Below, in pieces: positions 44,397-52,862 of a stretch of 64,000 bases of DNA. Location: assembly GCA_037200505.1 (NCBI GenBank), contig JBBCFZ010000009.1:235379-299378 (forward strand), in the 5' to 3' direction. A model generated the notes under the pieces. It made no database searches and was not told the DNA's origin. It saw nothing but the letters and a program-made list of their open reading frames with translations. The DNA is from Terricaulis sp. GTDB taxonomy: Bacteria > Pseudomonadota > Alphaproteobacteria > Caulobacterales > Aquidulcibacteraceae. Position 1 is the first letter of the stretch. Each line of letters opens with the position of its first letter. Both the position numbers and the translations under genes were made by a program.

Positions 44397-44771
44397 ATGA
44401 AGCATGCTTTGAAACGCGCGAGCCGCTTAGCGCTCGTCGCCGCCGCCGTCACAAGCTTGAGCTTGCCGGCTTTCGCTGACGAAGAAATTATCGTGTCGCC
44501 GTACCAAGTGCACCGTGAGCGTGGCGGCGAAGTCTATTCGCTCTCCGCGCCGGTCACGACCAAAGGGCTCAATCTGCGCTATGACGGCGATGTCGCCGAG
44601 CTGCAGGACCGCGTGAACTACACCGCGCGTCAAGTGTGCGAGTCGCTCGAAGATGCGGTGCGCCGCGATCTCGCCACCAGCGATCGCCAATGCATCCGCG
44701 AAGCGGTGAACAATGCACAGCCGCAAGTTCGTGCGGTCGTTGCGCGCGCGCGCAGTTACGCGAGCTATTAG
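44397..44771 (+). CDS. UrcA family periplasmic protein
   Basis: GGAGG RBS, signal peptide; LNL....DVAELQDRV..TARQVC...C.REAV..A.PQV. Confidence 0.8.
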   Translation: MKHALKRASRLALVAAAVTSLSLPAFADEEIIVSPYQVHRERGGEVYSLSAPVTTKGLNLRYDGDVAELQDRVNYTARQVCESLEDAVRRDLATSDRQCIREAVNNAQPQVRAVVARARSYASY

Positions 44772-44799
44772 AGCTCGCCGCCCGGCTGCGGTTTGGGGT

Positions 44800-45387
44800 T
44801 CATGCGGAGACGCGCGCTTCCAGCGCGTCGAAACACGCCTCGACGGAATTGGCGTGCAGGCAATCATTGAGAAAGCTTGCGGGCGTCAGGTTTGCGTCGA
44901 TGGTGTGCTGGATGAGATGGAAGAAGGGCGCCCAGAAATCGTCCTCCGAAAGGAACACCGTGGGCTTCTTATGAAGCTCAAGCCGGCGCCACGATAAAGT
45001 CTCGACGGCTTCTTCCAGCGTGCCGACGCCGCCGGGAAGCACGACGAAAGCGTCGCTCTCTTCAAACATCAGATGTTTGCGCTCGTGCATGGTGTCGACC
45101 ATGCGGTGCGGCACCTCTTGCAGCACGATCTCGCGGCGCTCCAGGAAGCGCGGCATGATGCCAAGCACGTCACCGCCTGCGGCATGCGCCGCGCGCGCGC
45201 AGCGGCCCATGAGCCCAACCGCGCCGCCGCCATACACCAAGCGGATGCCGCGCTGGGCCAGCGCTTCGCCGAAGCGGGCGGCGAGGTCCAGATATTCGGG
45301 GCGGGTGGTCTCGGAGGAACCGCAATAGACGCAGACCGAGCGGAGCGGGGCGTTCGCGGCGGTGGAATCGGGCATGTGGTTCATCAC
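44800..45387 (-). CDS. LOG family protein (TIGR00730)
   Basis: VCVYCGSS, LVYGGG.VGLMG, MHERK, LPGGVGTLEE. Confidence 0.93.
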   Translation of the reverse strand: MMNHMPDSTAANAPLRSVCVYCGSSETTRPEYLDLAARFGEALAQRGIRLVYGGGAVGLMGRCARAAHAAGGDVLGIMPRFLERREIVLQEVPHRMVDTMHERKHLMFEESDAFVVLPGGVGTLEEAVETLSWRRLELHKKPTVFLSEDDFWAPFFHLIQHTIDANLTPASFLNDCLHANSVEACFDALEARVSA

Positions 45388-45462
45388 AGCCCGGCATTAA
45401 GGCGCATTGCGGGCGAAAACCAGCGCGCCTACTTCAGGGACCTCCCTTTCAAGGATCATTCC

Positions 45463-47314
45463 ATGGCGCGCGGCGAAGCACCGCCCAGACCCAAACCCGA
45501 GCCTGAAGCTGCGGCGGTGGACGTATCGCCGCCGCTGCTGCGCACGGTCGCGCGGCTGATGGGGCTGATCGGGCGCTTGGACGGGCCGGGCGATCGGTTG
45601 CGGCTGGGCGTTTCCTTCGTGCTGACGCTGGCGGGCAAGGTGCTGGCGGTGTTTTCGCCTTTGGTGCTGGCGGACGGCATCAATGCGCTCAGCGAGGGGC
45701 GGGCAGCGGGGGCGTTTCATATTTTCTTGGGACTCGCGGGCTTTTGGGCCGCGATGCGCTTTGCCTCGACCGCTGGCCCGCAAATCCGCGACGCGATCTT
45801 CCAGCCGATCAGTGAAGAGGCGCAGCGCCCGCGCGGGCACGGCGGTGTTTTCCCATGTGCACGCGCTCTCGGTGCAATTTCACCAGTCCAAGCGCACAGG
45901 CGCGGTTTATCGCACCATCGAGCGCGGCGTGCGCGCGATCGATTTTCTGCTGCGCTTCCTCGCGTTCAATATCGCGCCGACCTTGATCGAGCTTGCGCTC
46001 GCGGCGGGCGTGCTGGCGTTCAAATATGGCGTGATCTTCGCGATTATCGCGGCGCTGACAGTGGCGATCTATGCGTGGATGACGTTCGGCGTCACCGAGT
46101 GGCGCTTGCGGCACCGGCGCGAAATGAATGAGCGCGATACCGAGGCGGCGGGCCGCGCGGTGGATTCGCTGCTGAACTTTGAAACGGTGAAAAGCTTTGC
46201 GGCTGAGGCGCGCGAGAGCGAGCGTTACGACCGTTCGCTCGCGAGCTACGCGAAGGCGGCGGTGAAATCCAACACGTCGCTGGTGCTGCTCAACGTGATG
46301 CAGGGCCTCGTGATGAATATCGGCCTGCTCGGAATGGTGCTCGCAGCCGGCTGGCTGGCGACGGGCGGCACGATGGGGCCGGGGGATGTCACCGCGGTCA
46401 TCCTCATCATGCTCAATCTCTACGCGCCTCTGAACATCCTTGGCTTTGCCTATCGCGAGATCAAACAGAGCTCGATCGATATGGAGAAGATGTTCGCGCT
46501 GCTGGACGAAGATCCCGACGTCGCGGACTTGCCGGGCGCCAAGCCACTGGTCGCCTCGCGAGGCGAGGTGCATTTCGATTCCGTGAGCTTTGCGCACGAA
46601 GGGCGCGATCGTGGCCTTGACGCCGTATCGTTCACGGCGCGCGCGGGTGAAACCACCGCCGTGGTTGGGCCGAGCGGGGCGGGCAAGTCGACCGTGCTGA
46701 AGTTGCTCTATCGTTTTTATGATCCCGACACCGGGCGCGTGCTGATCGATGGACAGGACCTGAAGGACGTCACGCAGTTCAGCTTGCGCAATGTGCTGGG
46801 GCTGGTGCCGCAGGATGTCGTGCTCTTTAACGACACCATCCGCTACAATATCAGCTATGGCCGCCCCGATGCGACGCAAGCCGAACTCGATGAAGCCGTG
46901 CGCCGCGCGCAATTGCAGGACTTTATCGCGAACTTGCCGCAAGGCTGGGATACGCGCGTGGGTGAGCGCGGGTTGAAGCTTTCGGGCGGCGAGAAGCAGC
47001 GCGTCGGGATCGCGCGGGTGATCTTAAAGAATCCGAAGATTCTGATCCTCGACGAAGCGACCTCATCGCTCGACAGCGCGACAGAAGCGGAAGTTCAAGA
47101 TGCGCTCGCGGAAGCCTCCAAGGGCCGCACCACGATCGTCGTCGCGCACCGGCTTTCCACGATCGCCGACGCGCAGCAGATCATCGTGCTCGAAGATGGG
47201 CGCGTGGTGGAGCATGGCTCGCATGCCAGCTTGATTGCGCGCGATGGGCTCTATGCGAGCTTGTGGCGGCGCCAGGCGGAAGAGCCGCCAGAGGCGATTG
47301 CAGCGGCTGAGTGA
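45463..47314 (+). CDS. ABCB/Atm1-like ABC transporter, fused permease-ATPase (frameshift near 5' end)
   Basis: DSLLNFETVK, PLNILGFAYREI, GPSGAGKST, VGERGLKLSGGEKQR, LDEATS. Confidence 0.92.
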
Positions 47315-47488
47315 GCGCTTGTGAGCGCGTCTTTGTGGCAAGCTTTGTCTAAGCGCCAAATCGGCAAAGCAAGACACCACTTTCCCTTGATAATGCGCTG
47401 AAAACTCAGCTGGGGTTCACCGCCACAACCCCATCTTCCATGTCAACGAGACGCCTCACATTGGTCTCGGTTGGAAGGAGAATTTCTG

Positions 47489-47986
47489 ATGAAACGCTTT
47501 GCTCTGGCTGCCGCCGCCGCGCTCACTCTGGCCGGCCCGCTCGCAAGCACCGCCGCTTACGCCGACCCTCCGGGCCGTCACGACAATCGCGGTCAGGATC
47601 AAAACCGTCGCGGCGATAATGACCGCAATGATCGCGGCGATCGCAACGACAACAATCGCTGGAACGATAACCGCAATGATAATCGCCGCAGCGACAATCG
47701 TTGGGATGATCGCCGCAACAATGGCTACACGATGAACGGCCAATGGCATTATGGTCCGCCGCCGGCCGCGTATCAAAATCGCGCGCAAGTGGGATACCGC
47801 GCATGGCGCCGTGGCGATCGCTTGCCCGCCTACTACCAGCACCAGTATCGCCAGGTCGATTATCGCCGTGCGCATCTGCGCGCCCCGCCGCGCGGCTACC
47901 ATTATGTGCAAGACGACCGCGGCCAAACTCTGCTGGTCGGCATAGCCACCGGCGCCATCCTGAGCATCCTGCTCAGCGGCAACTAA
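47489..47986 (+). CDS. RcnB family protein
   Basis: Signal peptide, R/D/N-rich linker, WRRGDRLP.YY...V.DYR..HLRAPPRGYHYV. Confidence 0.88.
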   Translation: MKRFALAAAAALTLAGPLASTAAYADPPGRHDNRGQDQNRRGDNDRNDRGDRNDNNRWNDNRNDNRRSDNRWDDRRNNGYTMNGQWHYGPPPAAYQNRAQVGYRAWRRGDRLPAYYQHQYRQVDYRRAHLRAPPRGYHYVQDDRGQTLLVGIATGAILSILLSGN

Positions 47987-48009
47987 ACTAACCTCAAGGC
48001 TCCTTGTGA

Positions 48010-48040
48010 GCGCCCCGGACATCTCGTCCGGGGCGTTTGC
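48010..48040 (+). terminator. Probable intrinsic terminator after the RcnB-family gene
   Basis: GCGCCCCGGAC-ATCTC-GTCCGGGGCGT stem followed by a short T-run. Confidence 0.55.
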
Positions 48041-48082
48041 ACATTTGGAACACGGAGGCGCGTGCGGACATTCCCCTCGCAC

Positions 48083-48982
48083 ATGTTGGATTGTTTGATC
48101 ATCGGCGGCGGCCCAGCCGGGCTGACCGCCGCGACTTATCTCGGCCGATTTCGCCGCAAGGTGCTCATCGTCGATGGCGGCGCGAGCCGCATGAAGCGCA
48201 TTCCGCTCACGCGCAACGCGCCGGGCTTTCCCGATGGCGTCACGGGCGCGGCGCTCTATGCGCGCATGCTGGATCAAGCGCTGACGTATGGCGCGGCGAT
48301 CAAGGAAGGCATGGTCGAAGGCATCGCGCCGATCGAGGGCGGCTTTGCGGTCGCGGGCAGCGCGGGTGCGTTTGAAGCGCGCACGATTTTGCTCGCGACC
48401 GGCTCGGTGCTTGTCGAGCCTGCGATCAGCGGATTGGAAGAGGGCGTGCAGGCCGGGATCATTCGCTATTGCCCGATCTGCGATGGCTTGGAGACGCGCG
48501 GCCGCTCCGTGGCCGTGCTCGGCAACGATCCCGCGGCGATCGAGGAAGCGCGCTTCATTCGCACCTTCACCGATCGCGTCACGTTTTTGTGGACGAGCGA
48601 AGCGGCGCCCAGTTTCAACGAAGTCGCGCATGCGCGGCGCGAAGGCATCGATATCGCGGAGACCTCGGTCCGTGACATTCGCTTGGGCGATGACGGCGTC
48701 GCAGTGGCTTTCGCCGACGGCACGTCGGAGCGCTTCGACATGCTCTATCCCGCGCTTGGTTGCGCGCCGCAAAGCGGGCTGCTCGCCATGCTCGGGGCCA
48801 AACTCTCGGAGGATTGCGGCGTGTTGACCGATAAGCATCAACGCACCGAGATCGCGGGCGTCTATGCGGCGGGCGATGTGCTGGAGGGGCTCGACCAAAT
48901 CGCCAGCGCCTGCGGACAAGCCGCCATCGCCGCCGTCACCATCCACAATGATTTGCGCGGGAAGTCCGAGCTAAGCTCTTGA
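48083..48982 (+). CDS. NAD(P)/FAD-dependent oxidoreductase, thioredoxin reductase-like
   Basis: IIGGGPAGL, LLATG, YCPICDG, GVYAAGDV. Confidence 0.9.
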   Translation: MLDCLIIGGGPAGLTAATYLGRFRRKVLIVDGGASRMKRIPLTRNAPGFPDGVTGAALYARMLDQALTYGAAIKEGMVEGIAPIEGGFAVAGSAGAFEARTILLATGSVLVEPAISGLEEGVQAGIIRYCPICDGLETRGRSVAVLGNDPAAIEEARFIRTFTDRVTFLWTSEAAPSFNEVAHARREGIDIAETSVRDIRLGDDGVAVAFADGTSERFDMLYPALGCAPQSGLLAMLGAKLSEDCGVLTDKHQRTEIAGVYAAGDVLEGLDQIASACGQAAIAAVTIHNDLRGKSELSS

Positions 48983-48987
48983 AAAGA

Positions 48988-49062
48988 TGGCTCCTCGGGT
49001 AGGATTCGAACCTACGACCAACCGGTTAACAGCCGGTTGCTCTACCACTGAGCTACCGAGGA
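48988..49062 (-). tRNA. tRNA-Asn(GTT)
   Basis: Reverse complement TCCTCGGTAGCTCAGTGGTAGAGCAACCGGCTGTTAACCGGTTGGTCGTAGGTTCGAATCCTACCCGAGGAGCCA. Confidence 0.97.
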
Positions 49063-49159
49063 ACAGCCCCTTGCGAGGCGAGGGCTCTCTATCAAGTTCG
49101 GCGCCACGGGGAAAGGCCCGCCGCGCACTCGCCTGATCGCCCTTGGAAAACAGGCCCCC

Positions 49160-49240
49160 AAAGGAAAGCGAGCGGGTCTTTCGACCCGCTCGAAGGCGTT
49201 GGGTATGGTGGGGTGTCTCCAAGGGAAGACAAGGTGAATA
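49160..49240 (-). ncRNA. Candidate small regulatory RNA
   Basis: Minus strand: hairpin TGTCTTCCCTTGGAGACA, C-rich linker, terminator-like GAGCGGGTC-GAAA-GACCCGCTC-GCTTTCCTTT; CtrA-like box upstream. Confidence 0.45.
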
Positions 49241-49253
49241 TGCCCCTAACCGG

Positions 49254-49269
49254 TAAACGCCCGGTTAAC
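49254..49269. promoter_or_regulatory. Candidate CtrA-binding site
   Basis: TAAA-cgcccgg-TTAAC, one mismatch to TTAA-N7-TTAAC. Confidence 0.45.
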
Positions 49270-49310
49270 GGCAACGAAAAGTTCACCAGGCTTTCTGAAA
49301 GCTTGCCGAT

Positions 49311-49526
49311 TCACTTGGGCTTGCGCTTGGCGGCGGCGTCGGGGTCGTCGTGCTCGCCGGAGCGATCCTCCGCCGCGTGATCTTGGCCATAGGAGCCGCC
49401 GCCGAAGCCGCTCTTGTCTTGCTCGGCCTTGCCAACGCCCGCGCCGCGCTGGCGGTCGCCTGAGCCATAGCGCGCGTCTGAGCCTTGCTGGCCGGGTTCT
49501 TTGGCATCGGGTGATTTGTCGGCCAT
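49311..49526 (-). CDS. Small hydrophilic Gly/Asp-rich protein, likely disordered
   Basis: MADKSPDAKEPGQQGSDARYGSGD...; AAGGA RBS; EcfG-type promoter upstream. Confidence 0.65.
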   Translation of the reverse strand: MADKSPDAKEPGQQGSDARYGSGDRQRGAGVGKAEQDKSGFGGGSYGQDHAAEDRSGEHDDPDAAAKRKPK

Positions 49527-49552
49527 CGTTTGCGATCCTTGTTCAGGAATCC

Positions 49553-49577
49553 AACGCGGCGCCGTTTCCACCGTTCC
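49553..49577 (-). promoter_or_regulatory. Sigma-EcfG/SigT-type promoter
   Basis: Exact GGAAC-N16-CGTT on the minus strand, 26 nt upstream of the ATG at 49526. Confidence 0.6.
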
Positions 49578-49672
49578 CCGGCCAGCGTGCGTGAGCACGC
49601 GCTTGAGCCGGGGTCCATCGTGCGGGTTGATGGATGGACCCCGGATCGCCTGCGGCGTCCGGGGAGCGGTGG
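49568..49672. repeat. Palindromic intergenic repeat, family B
   Basis: CCACCGTTCCCCGGCCAGCGTGCGTGAGCACGC...CCGGGGAGCGGTGG. Confidence 0.88.
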
Positions 49673-49722
49673 TTGGAGCGACGCGGCCTGCGCGATAAAG
49701 TGCCTGTATCGGAGCGCGCACA

Positions 49723-50127
49723 ATGCAGGCCAAATCGCTAACGCCGATCCTCAATGTGTCGAACATCCAAGAGAGCTTCGCCTGGTTTGAAAAGCTGGGC
49801 TGGACGAAGGGTTGGGACTGGGGAAGTCCGCCGACCTTTGGCTGCGTCTGCTCTGGCGCGTGCGAGATTTTCCTGTGCGTGAACGGACAAGGCGGGCGCG
49901 GCAGAAGCGCGCTCGCCACCACGGCCGGCGACAATGATGCCGCCGACAAGGGCGTGTGGATGTCGATATGGGTGGATGATGTCGACGCTGTGCATGCGCG
50001 CTGCTTGGCCGAAGGGCTCGACGTGACGATGACGCCGGTGGATGAGCCTTGGGGCGTGCGCGAGATGCATGTGCGCCATCCGGATGGACACGTGTTTCGG
50101 ATTAGCCGTGGGTTGGGTGAGGATTGA
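49723..50127 (+). CDS. VOC/glyoxalase/bleomycin-resistance family protein
   Basis: LTPILNV..I..S..WFEKLG, VDDVDAVH, P.DEPWGVREMHVRHPDGH. Confidence 0.9.
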   Translation: MQAKSLTPILNVSNIQESFAWFEKLGWTKGWDWGSPPTFGCVCSGACEIFLCVNGQGGRGRSALATTAGDNDAADKGVWMSIWVDDVDAVHARCLAEGLDVTMTPVDEPWGVREMHVRHPDGHVFRISRGLGED

Positions 50128-50201
50128 CGGCGTCGACCGAACTGCGAGGAGGCGGCACGCCTTTTGCTCAGGACTCACGAATCGACGGAGACAGCGGGAA
50201 A

Positions 50202-50645
50202 ATGGTTCTCGAAACGGTATTGATGGGTGCAGCGGCCTCCGCCGTTGGTGGGCTTACGAAGGATGCAGCCCTAGCTGCGCTGAAATTTCTTACCCAAAAG
50301 CGTCCAGACGTTGTGAGGCGTGTCGAGGGTGCCGCGACCCCTGACGATCTTCGCCGGGAGCTTGTTGGCGCAATCGAAATTGCCGCTGCAGATGGGCGTG
50401 TGGCGATCAGTGGCGTGTTTGTTCAAGCGCTTCGCTCAGCAATGTTCGACCATCAACATGGTGTTGTGCAGATTGGCGGAACGACCATCCAAGCGCCGGT
50501 TCTGACAACCGGTGGCGGCAAGGGCGCAACGGGAAAGACCATTATCGAGGGTGGCACAGTACTCCGCTCCAATGGCACCGAAGTTCAAATCGGACGAGGC
50601 GCATCGATCGTAATAACCGGTGGCGCTTCGATGAAGCAAACCTAG
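50202..50645 (+). CDS. Hypothetical protein, lower GC; helical N-terminus and Gly-rich C-terminus with two VQIG motifs
   Basis: 147-aa ORF with visibly more A/T-ending codons than its neighbours. Confidence 0.65.
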   Translation: MVLETVLMGAAASAVGGLTKDAALAALKFLTQKRPDVVRRVEGAATPDDLRRELVGAIEIAAADGRVAISGVFVQALRSAMFDHQHGVVQIGGTTIQAPVLTTGGGKGATGKTIIEGGTVLRSNGTEVQIGRGASIVITGGASMKQT

Positions 50646-50711
50646 TGGGATCACTTATCGACTTTGGGCCGAACTGGCCGGAGACTTCGCGCTCCAAGCT
50701 AGCCGCCGGCC

Positions 50712-51150
50712 TCAAGCGACGCCCAGTTTCCCCCGCTCGCCCTCGCGGGGCGCTGCGAGTTCTTCCGGGGTCATGAATTCGGCGAGGGTCGGCCGCTTCG
50801 TAGAACGGGCGAATTTCCACCACGCTCTTGCCCGGCATCGCATCATTGGGCGCGCGCTTTACCCAGGCGAGGGCCTCGTCCATGTCCTTGACCTCCCAGA
50901 TCGAAAAGCCCGCGATCAGCTCCTTGGTCTCGGCGAACGGGCCGTCGAACACGGTGCGGTCCGCGCCTTCGAAAACGATGCGCTTGGCGTCGGCGGTGTT
51001 CTTGAGGCCGGCGGCGGCCACGAACACGCCGGCTTGGACCAGCTCTTCGGTGAAGCGGTTCATCGCCGCGAACGCTTCCAATTGCTCGGGCGTCGGAGGG
51101 CCGTCCATGGCGCTGTCTTCACTGGCTTTGTGGAACACCATCACGCGCAT
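50712..51150 (-). CDS. YciI/DGPF family protein (3' frameshift)
   Basis: EELVQAGVF.AA.GL, DGPFAETKELIAGFSIW.V..MDEA..W, VEIRPFYE. Confidence 0.9.
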
Positions 51151-51195
51151 CGTCTGCCTCCTGGTTTGAGCGGCCATCTTGGCTCTCAATAGGAC

Positions 51196-51222
51196 GACGA
51201 ACGAGCTTGCCGGGAATCGACA
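51196..51222 (-). promoter_or_regulatory. Candidate ECF42-type promoter for the DGPF gene
   Basis: TGTCGA-N17-CGTC on the minus strand; ECF42 sigma factors are known to regulate DGPF genes. Confidence 0.55.
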
Positions 51223-51248
51223 TCGTCCAGCAAATTTTCTTGGGAGAC

Positions 51249-51322
51249 TGGAGGCCTCGCCCAGAATCGAACTGGGGTACGCGGATTTGCAGTCCGCTGC
51301 GTGACCACTCCGCCACGAGGCC
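51249..51322 (-). tRNA. tRNA-Cys(GCA)
   Basis: Reverse complement GGCCTCGTGGCGGAGTGGTCACGCAGCGGACTGCAAATCCGCGTACCCCAGTTCGATTCTGGGCGAGGCCTCCA. Confidence 0.97.
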
Positions 51323-51489
51323 TTCGGCGGTCGATCTAATGGTCCGGGGCCCTCGGTGCAACTGCGGGCGGGGTGACCGGCGCCCTGGACGGGGTTCCAA
51401 GGCCTGTTCACTGCCCCCGCGACCACGATGCGCTTGCGCGGGCCGGCTTGGACGGGCTATCGCCGGGCGGACGGCAGAAGGCTCAACCG

Positions 51490-52140
51490 ATGGATTATGC
51501 GCGCGCGCGCACCTTTATGGTCGAATCGCAGGTGCGTCCGGCGGACGTGACGGATGCGCGGATCGTTCACGCCATGCGCACTTTGCCGCGCGAGCGCTTC
51601 GTGCCGGCGAACAAGCGCGCTTTGGCTTATGGCGATCTCGAGGTCGATGTCGCGCCGGGGCGGGTGCTGCTGCGGCCGCGCGATCTGGCCAAACTGATTC
51701 AGTCGCTTGCGCCGAAGCCGACGGACCGCGCGCTCGAGATTGCGGGCGCGACGGCTTATGGCGCGGCGGTGCTGGCGGCTTGCTGCAGCGAAGCGTTCTC
51801 GCTCGATCCCGATCCCAATCTTTCTTTCGCAGCGCGCGCTGCTTTGGAATCGGCGGGCGTCACGCGCGTGAGCACGGTTTCGACGCCGGCTGTCGAAGGC
51901 TGGGCGGACGCTGCGCCTTACGATGTGATCTTGCTCAATGGCGGCGCGGAAATCGTGCCGCAAGCTTGGCTGGATCAATTGGCGCCAGGCGGACGCCTCG
52001 GCGTGATCGTGCGCCAAGGCGCAGCAGGCGCCGCGCGGATTTATACGCGCTCCGGAACAATCACCGCGTACCGTGTCGCATTTGATGCAGCGCCGCCTGT
52101 CGCGCCGGGCCTCACGCGCGCGCCGGGCTTCAGTTTCTAA
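51490..52140 (+). CDS. Protein-L-isoaspartate O-methyltransferase family protein (second paralogue)
   Basis: MVESQVRPADVTD, PRERFVP, APYDVILLNG, QLAPGGRL. Confidence 0.9.
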   Translation: MDYARARTFMVESQVRPADVTDARIVHAMRTLPRERFVPANKRALAYGDLEVDVAPGRVLLRPRDLAKLIQSLAPKPTDRALEIAGATAYGAAVLAACCSEAFSLDPDPNLSFAARAALESAGVTRVSTVSTPAVEGWADAAPYDVILLNGGAEIVPQAWLDQLAPGGRLGVIVRQGAAGAARIYTRSGTITAYRVAFDAAPPVAPGLTRAPGFSF

Positions 52141-52292
52141 AGCCAGCGCAACGCAAATTAAGACTCCGTTTAGACGGCCGCACCACTTTGCTGGGGAGGG
52201 GTACGGGCGATTCTGTCTGACGAGTGGACGTGAATCGGTTGGGCGCCTAACCTTTGACACAAGCGATTCTGTTTTCGCTGCGAGGCTTTGCG

Positions 52293-52799
52293 ATGGCGCT
52301 CCAAGATCCCCAGGCCGAACCTTCCATGGAAGAGATTCTGGCGTCGATCCGCCGGATCATTTCCGAAGAAGAACAAGCCCCCGCCGAAGAGGTGCTCGAT
52401 CTCACGCAACAGGCCGTGACGGCGCCTGAACCGACCGAAGACGATATCGTGTTCGAGACCGAGGAAGCGCCGCCCGCGCCGGAGCCGGTGTACGAAGCGC
52501 CTCGTGCTGCGGCCCCTGCGCCGACACCGGCGCCGCGCGCACCGGCGCCGGTGCATCATGTCGCCGCGGCGACGGACGATGACATCATCTCCTCGCCGGC
52601 GGTTTCCGCCGCTGCTGGCTCACTGTCGCGCCTCGCGGGCTCGCTCCGCATCGCCGACATCCACAATCAGACCATCGAGGGTGTGGTCCGCGAACTCCTG
52701 AAGCCCATGCTGAAGGATTGGCTGGACCACAACCTCCCGGCCATCGTGGAAGCGCGGGTCGAGGCCGAGCTTGAGCGGATCGCGCGCCTGGCGCGCTAA
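52293..52799 (+). CDS. popZ: Polar organizing protein PopZ (DUF2497)
   Basis: EPSMEEILASIRRIISE, P/E/A-rich linker, TIEGVVRELLKPMLKDWLDHNLPAIVE..V..ELERI. Confidence 0.93.
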   Translation: MALQDPQAEPSMEEILASIRRIISEEEQAPAEEVLDLTQQAVTAPEPTEDDIVFETEEAPPAPEPVYEAPRAAAPAPTPAPRAPAPVHHVAAATDDDIISSPAVSAAAGSLSRLAGSLRIADIHNQTIEGVVRELLKPMLKDWLDHNLPAIVEARVEAELERIARLAR

Positions 52800-52862
52800 G
52801 TCGCGCGCGGCGGTTAGGGCTGCTATAGGGCTCGGCTCAGCGACCGAGAGCCCTTTTTCCAC

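Noticed and set aside
47575-47725. Low-complexity repeats in the RcnB-family gene
   Set aside because: An R/D/N-rich linker is typical of this family
48988-51322. Integrative element or prophage at tRNA-Asn or tRNA-Cys
   Set aside because: No integrase and no duplicated tRNA 3' end seen; only a few small accessory genes
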